The position numbers and the translations under genes are program-made. Below are positions 39,191 through 48,970 of a DNA stretch of 64,000 bases, piece after piece. The first letter of the stretch is position 1; every line of letters begins with the position of its first letter. The notes beneath the pieces were generated by a model. That model saw only the letters and a program-made list of their open reading frames with translations, was not told the origin of the DNA and did no database searches. Origin of the DNA: Acidobacteriota bacterium (GTDB taxonomy: Bacteria > Actinomycetota > Acidimicrobiia > Acidimicrobiales > CADCSY01); assembly GCA_019510095.1 (NCBI GenBank), contig JAEKLB010000020.1, positions 12,499 through 76,498 of the forward strand, written 5' to 3'.

Positions 39191-39738
39191 CAGCCCTGGT
39201 GGTGGAAGCGTTCGAGCAGCTCGCGCTCGCGGGCTTGCATGACCGCGGTCTCCTCGTCGGTCGCGTGATCCATCCCCAGGACGTGGAGCACGCCGTGCAC
39301 CACCAGCAGGGCCAGCTCGTCCTCGACCGTGCGCCCGTGCTCGGCCGCGTTGCGGCTGGCCACCGCCGGGCACACCAGCACGTCCCCGAGGAGCAACGGG
39401 ATCTCGGAGGCTTCGGTCGGCGGCCGGTCGGGGCCGGCCGAACCGGCATCGGGTGAGCGCCCGGTCTCGGTCAGCTCGTCATCGATGGGGAAGGCCAGCA
39501 CGTCGGTTGGGCCCTCGCCGCCGAGGAACTTCTCGTTGAGGTCGGCGATCGACGGCTCGTCGACGAAGTAGAGCGCCAGCTCGCACAGTCCCCGCACGCC
39601 CTCGTCGGCCAGCACCCCCTCGGCGAGCCGGACGAGATGGGCGACGTCGACCGCGACGGCCGACTGCTCGTCGGCGGCGAAGACTGCGGGCACCCCGTCA
39701 GGAGGACCGGGGCGGCGGCGGCGCGGGCCACTGATCAT
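39190..39738 (-). CDS. ybeY: rRNA maturation RNase YbeY
   Basis: Zinc motif LLVVHGVLHVLGMDH. There is an ATGA overlap with the phoH stop. Confidence 0.9.
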   Translation of the reverse strand: MISGPRRRRPGPPDGVPAVFAADEQSAVAVDVAHLVRLAEGVLADEGVRGLCELALYFVDEPSIADLNEKFLGGEGPTDVLAFPIDDELTETGRSPDAGSAGPDRPPTEASEIPLLLGDVLVCPAVASRNAAEHGRTVEDELALLVVHGVLHVLGMDHATDEETAVMQARERELLERFHHQG

Positions 39739-40700
39739 CGTTTGTCGCCGGTCTTGGCGTCATCGGCCCGCTCGTAGGCGTCGACGATGTCCTGCACGAT
39801 GCGGTGGCGCACCACGTCTTTGTTGGTCAGATGCACCCACTCGAGGCCGTCGATGCCGCCGAGCACCCGCTCGAGGCCCACCAATCCCGACCGGCCGTTC
39901 GGAACGTCGACCTGGGTGACGTCGCCCGTGATGACTGCCTTCGACCCGAACCCGATGCGAGTCAGGAACATCTTCATCTGCTCAGGCGTCGTGTTCTGCG
40001 CCTCGTCGAGGATGATGAACGCGCCGTTCAGGGTCCTTCCGCGCATGAAGGCCAGGGGGGCGACCTCGATGGTGCCCCGCTCGAGGAGCTTCTGGGCGCC
40101 CTCGAGGTCGACCATGTCGTAGAGGGCGTCGAACAGCGGGCGGAGGTAGGGGTCGATCTTGGCCATGAGGTCGCCGGGCAGGAAGCCGAGCCGCTCCCCC
40201 GCCTCCACCGCCGGGCGGGTGAGGATGATCCGGCCGACCTCCTTGGCCTGGAGGGCCTGGACCGCGGACGCCACGGCCAACCACGACTTGCCGGTGCCGG
40301 CGGGGCCGATGCCGAAGGTGATCACGTTCTTCCTGATGGCGTCGACGTAGCGCTTCTGGCCGCTGGTCTTCGGCCGGACGGTGCGGCCCTTGGCCCCTCG
40401 CAGGACCTCGGCGGTGAGCACCTCGGACGGCCGCTCGTCGGCCTTGACCATGTCGATGGTGCGGACCACGTTGATCGTGTCGAGGGACTGCCCCCGCTCC
40501 AGCAGCAGCACCAGCTCCTCGAAGAGGCGGCCGACCAGATCGGCCTCCTCGCCGACGATGGAGATCTCGTTGCCCCGGACGTGGATCTCGACCTCGTCGA
40601 AGGCCGCCTCGATGAGGCGGAGGAGCTCGTCCCGCTGGCCGAGCAAACCGACCATCAGGTGGTTGCCGGGCACGCTGATCTTCACATCGGTGCGGGACAA
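39735..40700 (-). CDS. phoH: PhoH family ATPase
   Basis: Walker A GPAGTGKSWLAV, Walker B FIILDEAQN and the ITGDVTQVD motif. Confidence 0.9.
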   Translation of the reverse strand: MSRTDVKISVPGNHLMVGLLGQRDELLRLIEAAFDEVEIHVRGNEISIVGEEADLVGRLFEELVLLLERGQSLDTINVVRTIDMVKADERPSEVLTAEVLRGAKGRTVRPKTSGQKRYVDAIRKNVITFGIGPAGTGKSWLAVASAVQALQAKEVGRIILTRPAVEAGERLGFLPGDLMAKIDPYLRPLFDALYDMVDLEGAQKLLERGTIEVAPLAFMRGRTLNGAFIILDEAQNTTPEQMKMFLTRIGFGSKAVITGDVTQVDVPNGRSGLVGLERVLGGIDGLEWVHLTNKDVVRHRIVQDIVDAYERADDAKTGDKR

Positions 40701-40723
40701 GGTGGGAAAAGGCTACCCGGCGG

Positions 40724-41074
40724 TCAGCCCGACCACGGGGGCCAGCCCATCTGCCGGCCCCCGAGGACGTGCAGGTGGAGGTGGGGCACGGAGTTCCCGG
40801 CGTCCTCGCCGACGTTGAACACCAGGCGGTAGCCCCGCTCGGTGAGGCCGTCGATCTCGGCCACCCGGGTCGCCGTCACCAGGAGGTCGGCAACGGCGGC
40901 GGCATGCTCGGGGCCCACGTCGCCGGCATGGGTGATGTGCTGGCGCGGGATGACGAGCACGTGGGTCGGGGCCTGCGGGCTGAGGTCGCGGAAGGCGAAC
41001 GACAGCTCGGAGCTGACGACCTCGTCAGCCGGGACCTCGCCCGCCACGATGCGGCAGAAGATGCAATCGGTCAT
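40724..41074 (-). CDS. HIT family (histidine triad) protein
   Basis: ATG 41072-41074 (MTDCIFCRIV...). Histidine triad VPHLHLHVLGG. The 734-aa track ORF is mostly artefact. Confidence 0.9.
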   Translation of the reverse strand: MTDCIFCRIVAGEVPADEVVSSELSFAFRDLSPQAPTHVLVIPRQHITHAGDVGPEHAAAVADLLVTATRVAEIDGLTERGYRLVFNVGEDAGNSVPHLHLHVLGGRQMGWPPWSG

Positions 41075-41835
41075 GTCGGGCCAGACGGTAGGCCGGGCAC
41101 CAGCAGCTCGTCGCCAGGAAAGAGGAGGTCGGCGTTCTGCGGATCGCGGAGCCGTTGCCGATTGGCCTCGATCAGGTCCCGCCAGTACGCCGTGACCTCC
41201 TGCTCCGACGGCTCCCGGTGCCACCCGGCGACCAGCACGCGCCGGGCGATCGACCAGAAGTGGTCGCCCGGCGCCACCGTCCACGGCGGTTGGACGACTG
41301 CCGGCGGGGCGGCCGGGGGCGGCGGTGGGGCGGCCGGGATGGCGACGGGGACGAGGTCGGGCGCGGGCGACGCCTCGGTCGTGGGTGGCCCCATCGGCGA
41401 GCGGCGCACCACGTGCAGGGCCGGGACCGGGTCGCGCCGCCCCGCGGCCCGGGCGGGTGGTGCGGCCGACGACACGCTGGCGACCCCGCCGGCGACGGTG
41501 GCCCCCACCAGGCTGGCCCCGACCGCGGTGTGCACAGCCCGGCAGATGAAGGGCACCGACAACAGCTCGCTGAGCTCGACCAGGAGGGCGTGGCGAGCCA
41601 CCTCGGCGGCCACCGCGACGGCGGTGGCGACCAGGAGGTAGAGGGCCAGGGCCAGGACCACCAGGCGGACGACCGCCACGGCAGCGGCCGGCGGGCCCAC
41701 CGAGGCAGCCCATGACGCCCACGCCCCGGGCCTCGCCGGTGGCGCGGCCAGGTTGCCGCGCCCGGCAACGACCATCCCAGCCACAACCGCAACCAACGTC
41801 GCCGACCACCCCAGCAGCGGCCCCAACCTGCGCAT
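41071..41835 (-). CDS. membrane protein with Pro-rich linker and C-terminal LysM-like domain
   Basis: N-terminal TM helices, a PAAPPPPPAAPP linker, then VAPGDHFWSIARRVL...YWRDLIEANRQRL...LLFPGDELLVP, which resembles LysM. Confidence 0.6.
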   Translation of the reverse strand: MRRLGPLLGWSATLVAVVAGMVVAGRGNLAAPPARPGAWASWAASVGPPAAAVAVVRLVVLALALYLLVATAVAVAAEVARHALLVELSELLSVPFICRAVHTAVGASLVGATVAGGVASVSSAAPPARAAGRRDPVPALHVVRRSPMGPPTTEASPAPDLVPVAIPAAPPPPPAAPPAVVQPPWTVAPGDHFWSIARRVLVAGWHREPSEQEVTAYWRDLIEANRQRLRDPQNADLLFPGDELLVPGLPSGPT

Positions 41836-41946
41836 CGCCCGAGTGTGCCCGATTCATGCCCTTTCGTGCAATCTCGGACACAACCCCCCACGTTCTTTGG
41901 CGACTGGTGGCCGTGTCCGGTGCAGGAGTCGCCGAAGAACAGGGGG

Positions 41947-42774
41947 TCAGCGGGTGAAGGGGGCCACCAGGGCGGCGGTGCGATCCCAGAGGGCGGCGGC
42001 GAGGGTCGCATCCCGGGCGGCGGCCGAGGTGCGGCCCGGCCTGCGGTCGGCGTAGTAGGGGGCGGCTGGGTCGGGCTCCTCCGCGCTGGTTGCCAGCCAC
42101 ACCAAGGTGTCGGCGCCCTGCTCCGGCGTCCGCAGGTATCGGCCGAGCGGCTTGACCAACCTGGTGAGCGCCGAGTCGCGGCTGAGCGCGGTGTTGACCG
42201 CTCCCGGATGGAACGACCACGCGGCGATGCCGGTGCGCCGCCGCAGCTCGCTGGTGAAGAGGATGTTGGCGAGCTTCGAGTTGCCGTAGGAGCGCAGCCG
42301 CCACCATCCACGCTCGAGCTGGAGGTCGTCGAGGTCGAGCCGGCCCAGGCGGTGCACCACTGACGACGTCGTGATCACCCGGCCGCCCGCCGCTTGGAGC
42401 TTGTCGACCAGCAAGGTCGTGAGGAGGAAGGGCGCCAGATGGTTGACGGCGAGGGTGAGCTCGAAGCCGTCCGCCGACACCTGTCGGCGCCCGGTCGTCA
42501 GGCCGGCGTTGTTGGCGAGCACGTCGAGCCGATCGACACGGGAGCCGATCTCGTCGGCCAACCGCCGTACCTCGTCCAGGCTCGACAGGTCGGCGACGAG
42601 CGGTTCCGGCACGACGGCGCCCTCCGGCGCGGCGGCCGACATCCGCTCGTGGACCGCTCCCAGCTTGGTGGCCGATCGCCCGCTGGCGAGCACCTGATGG
42701 CCCTGGCCGGTCAGCATCACCGCCGCTGCCGCCCCGATCCCGTCGCTGGCACCGGTGACGACGATCGATGCCAT
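41947..42774 (-). CDS. short-chain dehydrogenase/reductase (SDR)
   Basis: ATG 42772-42774. Has the cofactor motif VVTGASDGIG, NNAG, and YGNSK (YxxxK). Confidence 0.85.
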   Translation of the reverse strand: MASIVVTGASDGIGAAAAVMLTGQGHQVLASGRSATKLGAVHERMSAAAPEGAVVPEPLVADLSSLDEVRRLADEIGSRVDRLDVLANNAGLTTGRRQVSADGFELTLAVNHLAPFLLTTLLVDKLQAAGGRVITTSSVVHRLGRLDLDDLQLERGWWRLRSYGNSKLANILFTSELRRRTGIAAWSFHPGAVNTALSRDSALTRLVKPLGRYLRTPEQGADTLVWLATSAEEPDPAAPYYADRRPGRTSAAARDATLAAALWDRTAALVAPFTR

Positions 42775-42776
42775 GG

Positions 42777-43439
42777 CTAGGGCGTGCCGGCTTGCACCCG
42801 TGCCTGCGCCTCCGCAACGAGCTCGCGGAACCGCCGGACCCCCGGGGGGAGCACGCCGTTGGCGCGCGCGACCGCCAGCGCGTTGCCCCACCACTCCAGA
42901 TCGTCGAGGAGGACCGTGGCCGCGGCATCGGACGCCGGGTTCACCGGCTCACCGTCGTCGTCGAAGGCGCCGCCCACCGCGGCGACCAGCACGCTGTTGC
43001 GCAGTGGCACCAGCTCGGTCTCGATGGCCACCAGCGCGAGCTGTTCGACCGCCCGCGCCCCGCCGACCGCGCCGCTCGAGTAGCTCACCATCCCCACCGG
43101 CTTGTTCCGAAAGGCGAAGCTGGCCCACACGTTGTCGATCGCGTTCTTGAGGACGCCGGAGAAGCTGTGGTTGTACTCCGGGGTGATGAAGATGAACGCG
43201 TCGCCCTCGGCGATCGTCTGGTTCCAGCGCTTGACCACCGGATCGGAGTACGTCGGGGCGGCCGGGTCGCCGAGCGTGCCGAAGTGCTCGGCGAACATCG
43301 GGAGGGGCCATTCGCGCAGATCGAGCAGTGTGACCTCGAACGCGCCATGGGCTCGGGCTCGACGGTCGATCCACTGGAAGACGCGCTCCGCGGCGCGCGT
43401 CTCGCGAGTGCTCCCGACGATCACGTGCAGTCGCAGCAT
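42777..43439 (-). CDS. NADPH-dependent FMN reductase family protein
   Basis: ATG 43437-43439. Contains VIVGSTRETR...FIFITPEYNHSFSGVLKNAID. Confidence 0.85.
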   Translation of the reverse strand: MLRLHVIVGSTRETRAAERVFQWIDRRARAHGAFEVTLLDLREWPLPMFAEHFGTLGDPAAPTYSDPVVKRWNQTIAEGDAFIFITPEYNHSFSGVLKNAIDNVWASFAFRNKPVGMVSYSSGAVGGARAVEQLALVAIETELVPLRNSVLVAAVGGAFDDDGEPVNPASDAAATVLLDDLEWWGNALAVARANGVLPPGVRRFRELVAEAQARVQAGTP

Positions 43440-43477
43440 GGGCTCTGCAACCCCGCGGCTGGGCAACACATTCCGAT

Positions 43478-44002
43478 GTGCACAAAGCGGGGCGTTCGGG
43501 GATGCACGCGCTGGGAGCCACTTTCCGGCACGCTTGCGCAGTGGAGCAGCAGGTCAAGCCGGTGTCGGTGCTCCTCGTCGACGACGACGAGGACCTGCGG
43601 CTGCTCGCGCGGCTGGCACTCGAGGACGATCCCCGCTTTGCCGTGCTCGCCGAGGCAGGGAACGGCTTCCATGCCATCGCCATCGCCAGCGACCACCAGC
43701 CCGACGTGGTGCTGCTCGATCTCGACATGCCGTGGCTCGACGGCGCCGAGGCCGTGCCTCATCTCCGCCACAAGGCACCCGACGCCCTGATCGCGGTGTG
43801 GACCGTGACGCCCGAGAGCCGGCGCGCCGCTGAGGCGGTCGAGCTCGGTGCGAGCACGGTGCTCGACAAGTTCTCCGTCAGTCCCGGCACCCTCGGCGAC
43901 CACATCGAGAAGATCCTCGGCGACCACCGGAGGCTCCTCGACGAACGTCGTCCTGCGGTCGAGCGCCGTGGAACGGATCTCCCATCGGCGGGACCAGAGT
44001 GA
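43478..44002 (+). CDS. stand-alone response-regulator receiver protein (start uncertain)
   Basis: Receiver motifs VLLVDDDEDL, VVLLDLDMPWLDG and a conserved K-region. No output domain. Confidence 0.75.
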   Translation: MHKAGRSGMHALGATFRHACAVEQQVKPVSVLLVDDDEDLRLLARLALEDDPRFAVLAEAGNGFHAIAIASDHQPDVVLLDLDMPWLDGAEAVPHLRHKAPDALIAVWTVTPESRRAAEAVELGASTVLDKFSVSPGTLGDHIEKILGDHRRLLDERRPAVERRGTDLPSAGPE

Positions 44003-44622
44003 GGCTCATGGGCTTCTATGACGAGCAGGTCGTACCGCGCCTCATCGACAAGGGCCTCGGCGGTAAGGGGTTCGGCCGCCTCCGGGCCCGGGCCATCCGC
44101 GGCGTCTCCGGCGAGGTGGTCGAGATCGGCTTCGGCTCCGGCACCAACCTGCCGCACTACCCGACCGGCGTCACCAAGGTGTGGGCGGTCGACCCCTCGG
44201 CCGTCGGTCGCCAGTTGGCCGCCCGCCGGGTGGCGGCCAGCCCGATACCCGTCGAGTTCGTCGGGCTCGACGGTCAGGACCTGCCGCTCGCCGACGAGTC
44301 GGTCGACTGTGCAGTGAGCACCTGGACCTTGTGCAGCATTCCCGACGCCGGTCGAGCGATCGCCGAGCTCCGACGCGTCCTGCGCCCCGGCGGCACGATG
44401 CACTTCCTCGAGCACGGTCATGCCCCCGACCCGGGCGTGGCCAAGTGGCAGGAACGACTCAACCCGTTGCAGCAAAAGATCTGCGGCGGCTGCAACCTCG
44501 ATCGCCGGATCGACTCGCTCATCAGCGGTGCCGGGTTCGAGCTCACCAAGCTGGCCAACTTCTACATCAAGGGCCCGAAGACGTTCTGCTACATGTACGC
44601 GGGCGTCGCCACCAAGTCGTAG
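43999..44622 (+). CDS. class I SAM-dependent methyltransferase
   Basis: SAM motif VVEIGFGSGTN and the post-I/II motifs LRPGGTMHFLEH. GTGA overlap with the receiver gene, with an alternative ATG at 44008. Confidence 0.85.
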   Translation: MRLMGFYDEQVVPRLIDKGLGGKGFGRLRARAIRGVSGEVVEIGFGSGTNLPHYPTGVTKVWAVDPSAVGRQLAARRVAASPIPVEFVGLDGQDLPLADESVDCAVSTWTLCSIPDAGRAIAELRRVLRPGGTMHFLEHGHAPDPGVAKWQERLNPLQQKICGGCNLDRRIDSLISGAGFELTKLANFYIKGPKTFCYMYAGVATKS

Positions 44623-44628
44623 CCGCGA

Positions 44629-45744
44629 CTACCCAAGGGCATGAGCTAGGCCGACCAGGCCACCGGCCGCGACGAGGAGCGCCGGGTTCGGCCGCCAGCG
44701 CACGATCGCAACAAGGACGGCAACCGCGACGGCTGCCCGCAGGACGTCGTCGGCGCCCGTGCGGACGAGGTCGATCGTGACACCGGCCATCAGCCCGAGC
44801 GCCGCCGCGGTGACGCCCTGGAGAGCAGCGGTGGCCCGCGCTGAAGCCCGCAGCCGGTGGACGTGCGGCGCGACCAGGCCCACCATGACGAACGAGGGCA
44901 CGAAGATCGCGGCGGTGGCGACGAGCGCGCCCGGGACGCCGCCCAGCAGGTAGCCGAGAAAGGTCGCCGTCGTGAACACCGGGCCCGGCGTCACCTGGCC
45001 GGCGGCCACTGCGTCGAGCACCTGCCGCAGCGACAACCAGTCGAGGCCGGCAACCAGATCGCGTCGAAGGAAGGCGAGCAGGACGTAACCGCTCCCGAAG
45101 ACGATCGAGCCGAGCTTGGCGAACTCGATGGCGATGTCGACGAGGCCTGGGCTCCGGCTGGGCCGATGCGCCGCCCAGAGCGAGCCGAGGGTGAGTGGGA
45201 ACGGGACGGAGGCAAGACGATCGATGCGGCCGACATGCGTCGCGACGACGGCCACCATCCCTCCCCCGACGAGGAGGAGCAGCACGTTGGCTCCCGCGAA
45301 GTAGCCGGCAAGGACGAACGCCGAGACAACGACGAGCCACCGGGGACGAAAGGCGGCCTTGCCCAGCTCCAGCACCGCGACCGCCACGATGGCCGCGACG
45401 ACCGGCTCGATGCCGTAGAGCAGCCCAGCCCCCGTGGGCGTGGTGCCATAGCGGCCGTAGAGGACCGCCAAGACGAGGACGATGGCCATGGCCGGGGCGA
45501 TGAAGCACACGCCGGCCGCCACCAGTCCTCGCCAACCGGCTCGCCGGCGACCGACGACGATGGCGAGCTGGGTCGACGTCGGTCCCGGAAGCACGCTCAT
45601 GGCGGCGAACAGGTCGAGGAACTCCTCGTCGGTCAGCCAGCCCCGGCGGCGGACTGCTTCCTCGCGGAGCATGGCGACGTGCACCGCTGGCCCGCCGAAG
45701 GCGATCGTGCCGAGCTTCAGCATCACCCCTGCCACCTCGATCAC
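44629..45744 (-). CDS. chrA: chromate transporter (two CHR domains)
   Basis: GTIAFGGPAVHVAMLR...LPGPTSTQL and a second half GSIVFGSGYVLLAFL...TPGPVFTTATF. Start is GTG 45742-45744 or ATG 45721-45723. Confidence 0.85.
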   Translation of the reverse strand: MIEVAGVMLKLGTIAFGGPAVHVAMLREEAVRRRGWLTDEEFLDLFAAMSVLPGPTSTQLAIVVGRRRAGWRGLVAAGVCFIAPAMAIVLVLAVLYGRYGTTPTGAGLLYGIEPVVAAIVAVAVLELGKAAFRPRWLVVVSAFVLAGYFAGANVLLLLVGGGMVAVVATHVGRIDRLASVPFPLTLGSLWAAHRPSRSPGLVDIAIEFAKLGSIVFGSGYVLLAFLRRDLVAGLDWLSLRQVLDAVAAGQVTPGPVFTTATFLGYLLGGVPGALVATAAIFVPSFVMVGLVAPHVHRLRASARATAALQGVTAAALGLMAGVTIDLVRTGADDVLRAAVAVAVLVAIVRWRPNPALLVAAGGLVGLAHALG

Positions 45745-45779
45745 GGTGGCGTTGCCGCTCGGCCAGCGACGCCGGGAGC

Positions 45780-46724
45780 TCAGGGGATGAAGTCGTCGAT
45801 GAGGCGGGCCAGCTCGATCGGCGTGTCGCCCTGGAGGCTGTGGCCGGCCTCCTCGAAGTGCTCGACCCGGGCAGTGGGGTTGCGCCGGAGCAGCTCGGCC
45901 TCGTCCTCGTCGTCGACCACCGACTGCACCCGCATGCCCCGCGCGAGGCACAGCGGGGCCTTCATCGAGGACACCACGTCCCAGTACTGGCCGAACATCG
46001 GTGCCTTCGGGTCGACGTTGGCCGCGCCCTGGGCCAGCCGGTGGCGCTGGTGGCGCCAGACCCAGCTCCCATCGGCCTGTTGCTCGGCGTTGTGGAGGAT
46101 CCCGCGCCGCAGCGCGCTCTCGGTCCGCGTCGGGTTGTACTCGACGGTGCGGGCCAGCAGCTCGTCGAAGTCGGGGAAGGTCTCGGGCCCATTGAGGAAC
46201 TCGCCGATCACCTTCGACTTCTCCCGGTTCACGCCGGGCGTGACGTCGACGAGGATCGCCGCCTTCACCAGCTCGGGCGCGTGGGCGGTGAGCGCCAACG
46301 TCGTGATCCCGCCGAGCGACATCCCGATGACACCGCGGGCATTCGGGGCGAGCGCGCGGATGACGGTGGCCACGTCAGCGGCGTTGGTGTCGGTGTCCAT
46401 CGACCCGATCCGGCCGCCGTCGGAGTGGCCGTGACCGGGCAGGTCGACGGCGATCAACGGGCGGCTTAGGGCCATGGCCACCGTGTCCCAGGTGTGGGCG
46501 TTCTGCCCGCCGCCGTGGAGGAGGACCAGCTCGGGGTCACCCGTTCCCCAGACGAGCGCGCTCAACTTCCGGCCGTCGTCCATCGCCACGAACTCCCGCC
46601 GTACCGTCGGCGGGCCGTCGTACGGCAGACCGAACTCCTCGGCGTTCTCGTGGAACAGACCAAACTCGTCGTACTCGACTCGCCCCCCGCTTGCCATGAG
46701 GCCGGAGGGTATCCCTTCAGCCAT
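45780..46724 (-). CDS. alpha/beta hydrolase (start uncertain)
   Basis: Contains LVLLHGGGQNAHTWD and the nucleophile elbow GMSLGG. The track start (46748) lies inside the palindromic repeat, so ATG 46722-46724 or 46695-46697 is more likely. Confidence 0.8.
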   Translation of the reverse strand: MAEGIPSGLMASGGRVEYDEFGLFHENAEEFGLPYDGPPTVRREFVAMDDGRKLSALVWGTGDPELVLLHGGGQNAHTWDTVAMALSRPLIAVDLPGHGHSDGGRIGSMDTDTNAADVATVIRALAPNARGVIGMSLGGITTLALTAHAPELVKAAILVDVTPGVNREKSKVIGEFLNGPETFPDFDELLARTVEYNPTRTESALRRGILHNAEQQADGSWVWRHQRHRLAQGAANVDPKAPMFGQYWDVVSSMKAPLCLARGMRVQSVVDDEDEAELLRRNPTARVEHFEEAGHSLQGDTPIELARLIDDFIP

Positions 46725-46730
46725 TCCGGC

Positions 46731-46780
46731 GAATCGGCGACGAATCATCGGCAGAAACGCCGAGAATCCATCGCCGGTTC
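46731..46780. repeat. palindromic intergenic repeat, copy 2 (diverged)
   Basis: GAATCGGCGACGAATCATCGGCAGAAACGCCGAGAATCCATCGCCGGTTC aligns position-for-position with copy 3 at about three-quarters of positions, by hand alignment. Confidence 0.55.
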
Positions 46781-46790
46781 GGCGTCCAGC

Positions 46791-47696
46791 TCAGAACGTG
46801 ACGGCTTCGGGCATGACGTTGTCGGCGAACCAGCCCATGGCGGCCAGGACGGCGTCGAGCGAGGTGTTGCTCGTCTCGCCCAGATCGACGAGCGCGCTGG
46901 TGCAGCCGGCCGAGGCCAACACCTGCAGGCGCCCGAGCACCTCGGCCGGCGTAGTGGCGTCAGGCACGATCTTGCCGCCCCGGCCGGAGATCACCAGCGC
47001 CTCGCCAGCGCGCCCGGCGGCCTCCATCGCCTCGGCAAGGCGAGGTAGCGCCGCCGCGATCTCCTCGGGTGTCATGCCGGCGGGGATCCAGCCGTTGCCG
47101 AACCGAGCGACGCGGCGAAGGACGGCCCCGCTCGCTCCTCCGCCAACCAAGATCGGCAACGGCGCTTGTACCGGCGTCGGCGCGAAGGCCAAGGCGGGGA
47201 AGCTGAAGTAGTCGCCGTCGAAACCGCCCTCGCCCTCGAAGAGATGCCGCAGAATGGCGAGATACTCGTCGGTGATCCGACCCCGCTCGTGGAACGGGAC
47301 GCCGAGGACGTCGAACTCGTCCTTCATCCACCCCACGCCGACACCGAGGGTGAGACGTCCACCTGAGAGGAAGTCGAGCGTGGCCAGCGCCCGGGCCGAG
47401 CCGATCGGGTTGCGGAGCGACAGCAGGTAGACGCCGGGAACCAGTCGGATGGTGGTGGTCGTCGCCGCAAGGAACGACAACAGCGTCAGCACGTCGAGCT
47501 TGCTGCCGTGCGGGTCGGTGGGGATCACACCGGTTGGGCTGTAGGGATAGCGCGACCGTGTCTCCAGGGGGTAGAGGGCGTGGTCGCCGACCTGAAGGAA
47601 GGCGAAGCCCAGGGCCTCGGCCTCCTGGGCGACCCGCACCAGCGCTTCGGGACTGACGAGCGGCCCGGTCCACGGCACGCTCATGCCGAGCTCCAT
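46791..47696 (-). CDS. LLM-class (luciferase-like) flavin/F420-dependent oxidoreductase
   Basis: TIM-barrel LLM pattern: FAFLQVGDH...LSGGRLTLGVGVGW...PILVGG. Confidence 0.85.
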   Translation of the reverse strand: MELGMSVPWTGPLVSPEALVRVAQEAEALGFAFLQVGDHALYPLETRSRYPYSPTGVIPTDPHGSKLDVLTLLSFLAATTTTIRLVPGVYLLSLRNPIGSARALATLDFLSGGRLTLGVGVGWMKDEFDVLGVPFHERGRITDEYLAILRHLFEGEGGFDGDYFSFPALAFAPTPVQAPLPILVGGGASGAVLRRVARFGNGWIPAGMTPEEIAAALPRLAEAMEAAGRAGEALVISGRGGKIVPDATTPAEVLGRLQVLASAGCTSALVDLGETSNTSLDAVLAAMGWFADNVMPEAVTF

Positions 47697-47706
47697 CGTC
47701 GCCCCC

Positions 47707-48915
47707 TCAGCCCTCGCCCCAGAGCACGCCGGTCTCGATCAGCTCGATGACCCGCTGCTCGTCATAGCCACACAGCTCGGTGAGTATCTCGTTGTTGTGC
47801 TCGCCCGGCTCGGGCGGGGTGTGGCGCACCTCGACCGGCGACTCCGACAGGTGTAGGGGACTCCCCATGGTCTTGATCTGGCCGAAGCCGCGGTACTCGT
47901 ACTCGAGGAACATGCCGCGGGCGTCGAGCTGCTCGTCCGACCAGATGGTCTCCATGTCCCGCACCGGCTCGCTGGGAATGCGGGCCGCACGCAGGGCGCT
48001 GTGTGCCTCTGCCACCGTCCGCCCCCGCGTCCACGCCACGATCTTCTCGGTCACCGTGGCGAGATGTGCGGGTCGGCCGGGATCGTCACGACCGGGCAAC
48101 GGGAAGAGGTCGGGCTCGCCGAGCACGTCCGCGATCAACGTGCCCGCTCGGTCAGCGGTGGCCGCGATCACGATCTGCCCATCACGACACGGGAAGAGGC
48201 CGTAGCCAGGCATGCCAGCCGGATGGGCGTTGCCGCTGCGCGGCGGCATGGCGCCCGCAACCGAGTGCCACAGGGGGAAACCGTCGAGGCAGGCCACGAC
48301 CGGTTCCAGCAGCGAGATGTCGACGAGCTGGCCCTTACCGATCACCGTGCGCTGGTGCAGCGCCGCGACCACGCCCACCGTGAGGTGCAGCCCGGCCAGA
48401 TAGTCGGCCGCCGAGTTGCCTGGCTTCATCGGTGGTCCCTCGGGCTCGCCGGTCAGGCTGAGCAGGCCGCCCCTGGCCAGCGCGGCGTAGTCGAGACCGT
48501 CGAAGGCGGCCTCGGGCCCGCTACGCCCGTACATCGACAACGACGCCCAGATGATCCGGGGGTTCAGGGACCACGCCCATCCCTCGTTGAGCCCGAGATG
48601 CTCCCGGGCGTCGTGACCGAAGCTCTCGATCACGACGTCGCTGACCTCGATGAGGTCGGCCAGCACCGCCATGCCATCCGGCGTCTTGAGGTCCATCGTC
48701 AGGCTGCGCTTGTTGCGGTTGTTCGACAGCCAGAACGGCGAGAACTGGCGGGCCGGTGGGCCCGGTGGGCTCAACGCGACGCGCTCCGACAGGGCACGGA
48801 GCGGGTGCTCGACCTTGATGACGTCGGCGCCGAGGTCGCCGAGCATCTGACCGGCATACGGCCCGGCGATCGAGCGCGACAGGTCGAGCACCCGAATGCC
48901 GTCCAACGCTGCCAC
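47707..48915 (-). CDS. CoA transferase, family III (CaiB/BaiF)
   Basis: Contains IRVLDLSRSIAGPYAGQMLGDLGADVIKVE and the conserved mid-region SLTGEPEGPP...D. Confidence 0.9.
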   Translation of the reverse strand: MAALDGIRVLDLSRSIAGPYAGQMLGDLGADVIKVEHPLRALSERVALSPPGPPARQFSPFWLSNNRNKRSLTMDLKTPDGMAVLADLIEVSDVVIESFGHDAREHLGLNEGWAWSLNPRIIWASLSMYGRSGPEAAFDGLDYAALARGGLLSLTGEPEGPPMKPGNSAADYLAGLHLTVGVVAALHQRTVIGKGQLVDISLLEPVVACLDGFPLWHSVAGAMPPRSGNAHPAGMPGYGLFPCRDGQIVIAATADRAGTLIADVLGEPDLFPLPGRDDPGRPAHLATVTEKIVAWTRGRTVAEAHSALRAARIPSEPVRDMETIWSDEQLDARGMFLEYEYRGFGQIKTMGSPLHLSESPVEVRHTPPEPGEHNNEILTELCGYDEQRVIELIETGVLWGEG

Positions 48916-48970
48916 GCGGCCCCCCTTCCGACTCTGGGCAGAAGCATGGCCGCACCCCTAGGGTCGGCGC

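Noticed and set aside
40724-42928. 734-aa ORF in the track (the longest in its region), plus many other long Arg/Pro/Gly-rich ORFs. Examples are 275..1312, 5550..6317, 21999..23531, 27032..28549, 28574..29776, 44857..46434, 58802..59746 and 17556..18746.
   Set aside because: These are antisense to, or out of frame with, genes that have clear family motifs (HIT, LysM protein, SDR, rpoD, ppdK, chrA, bioA, integrase). Their composition is what a GC-rich non-coding frame produces. Only the last 116 codons of 40724..42928 (the HIT protein) are real.
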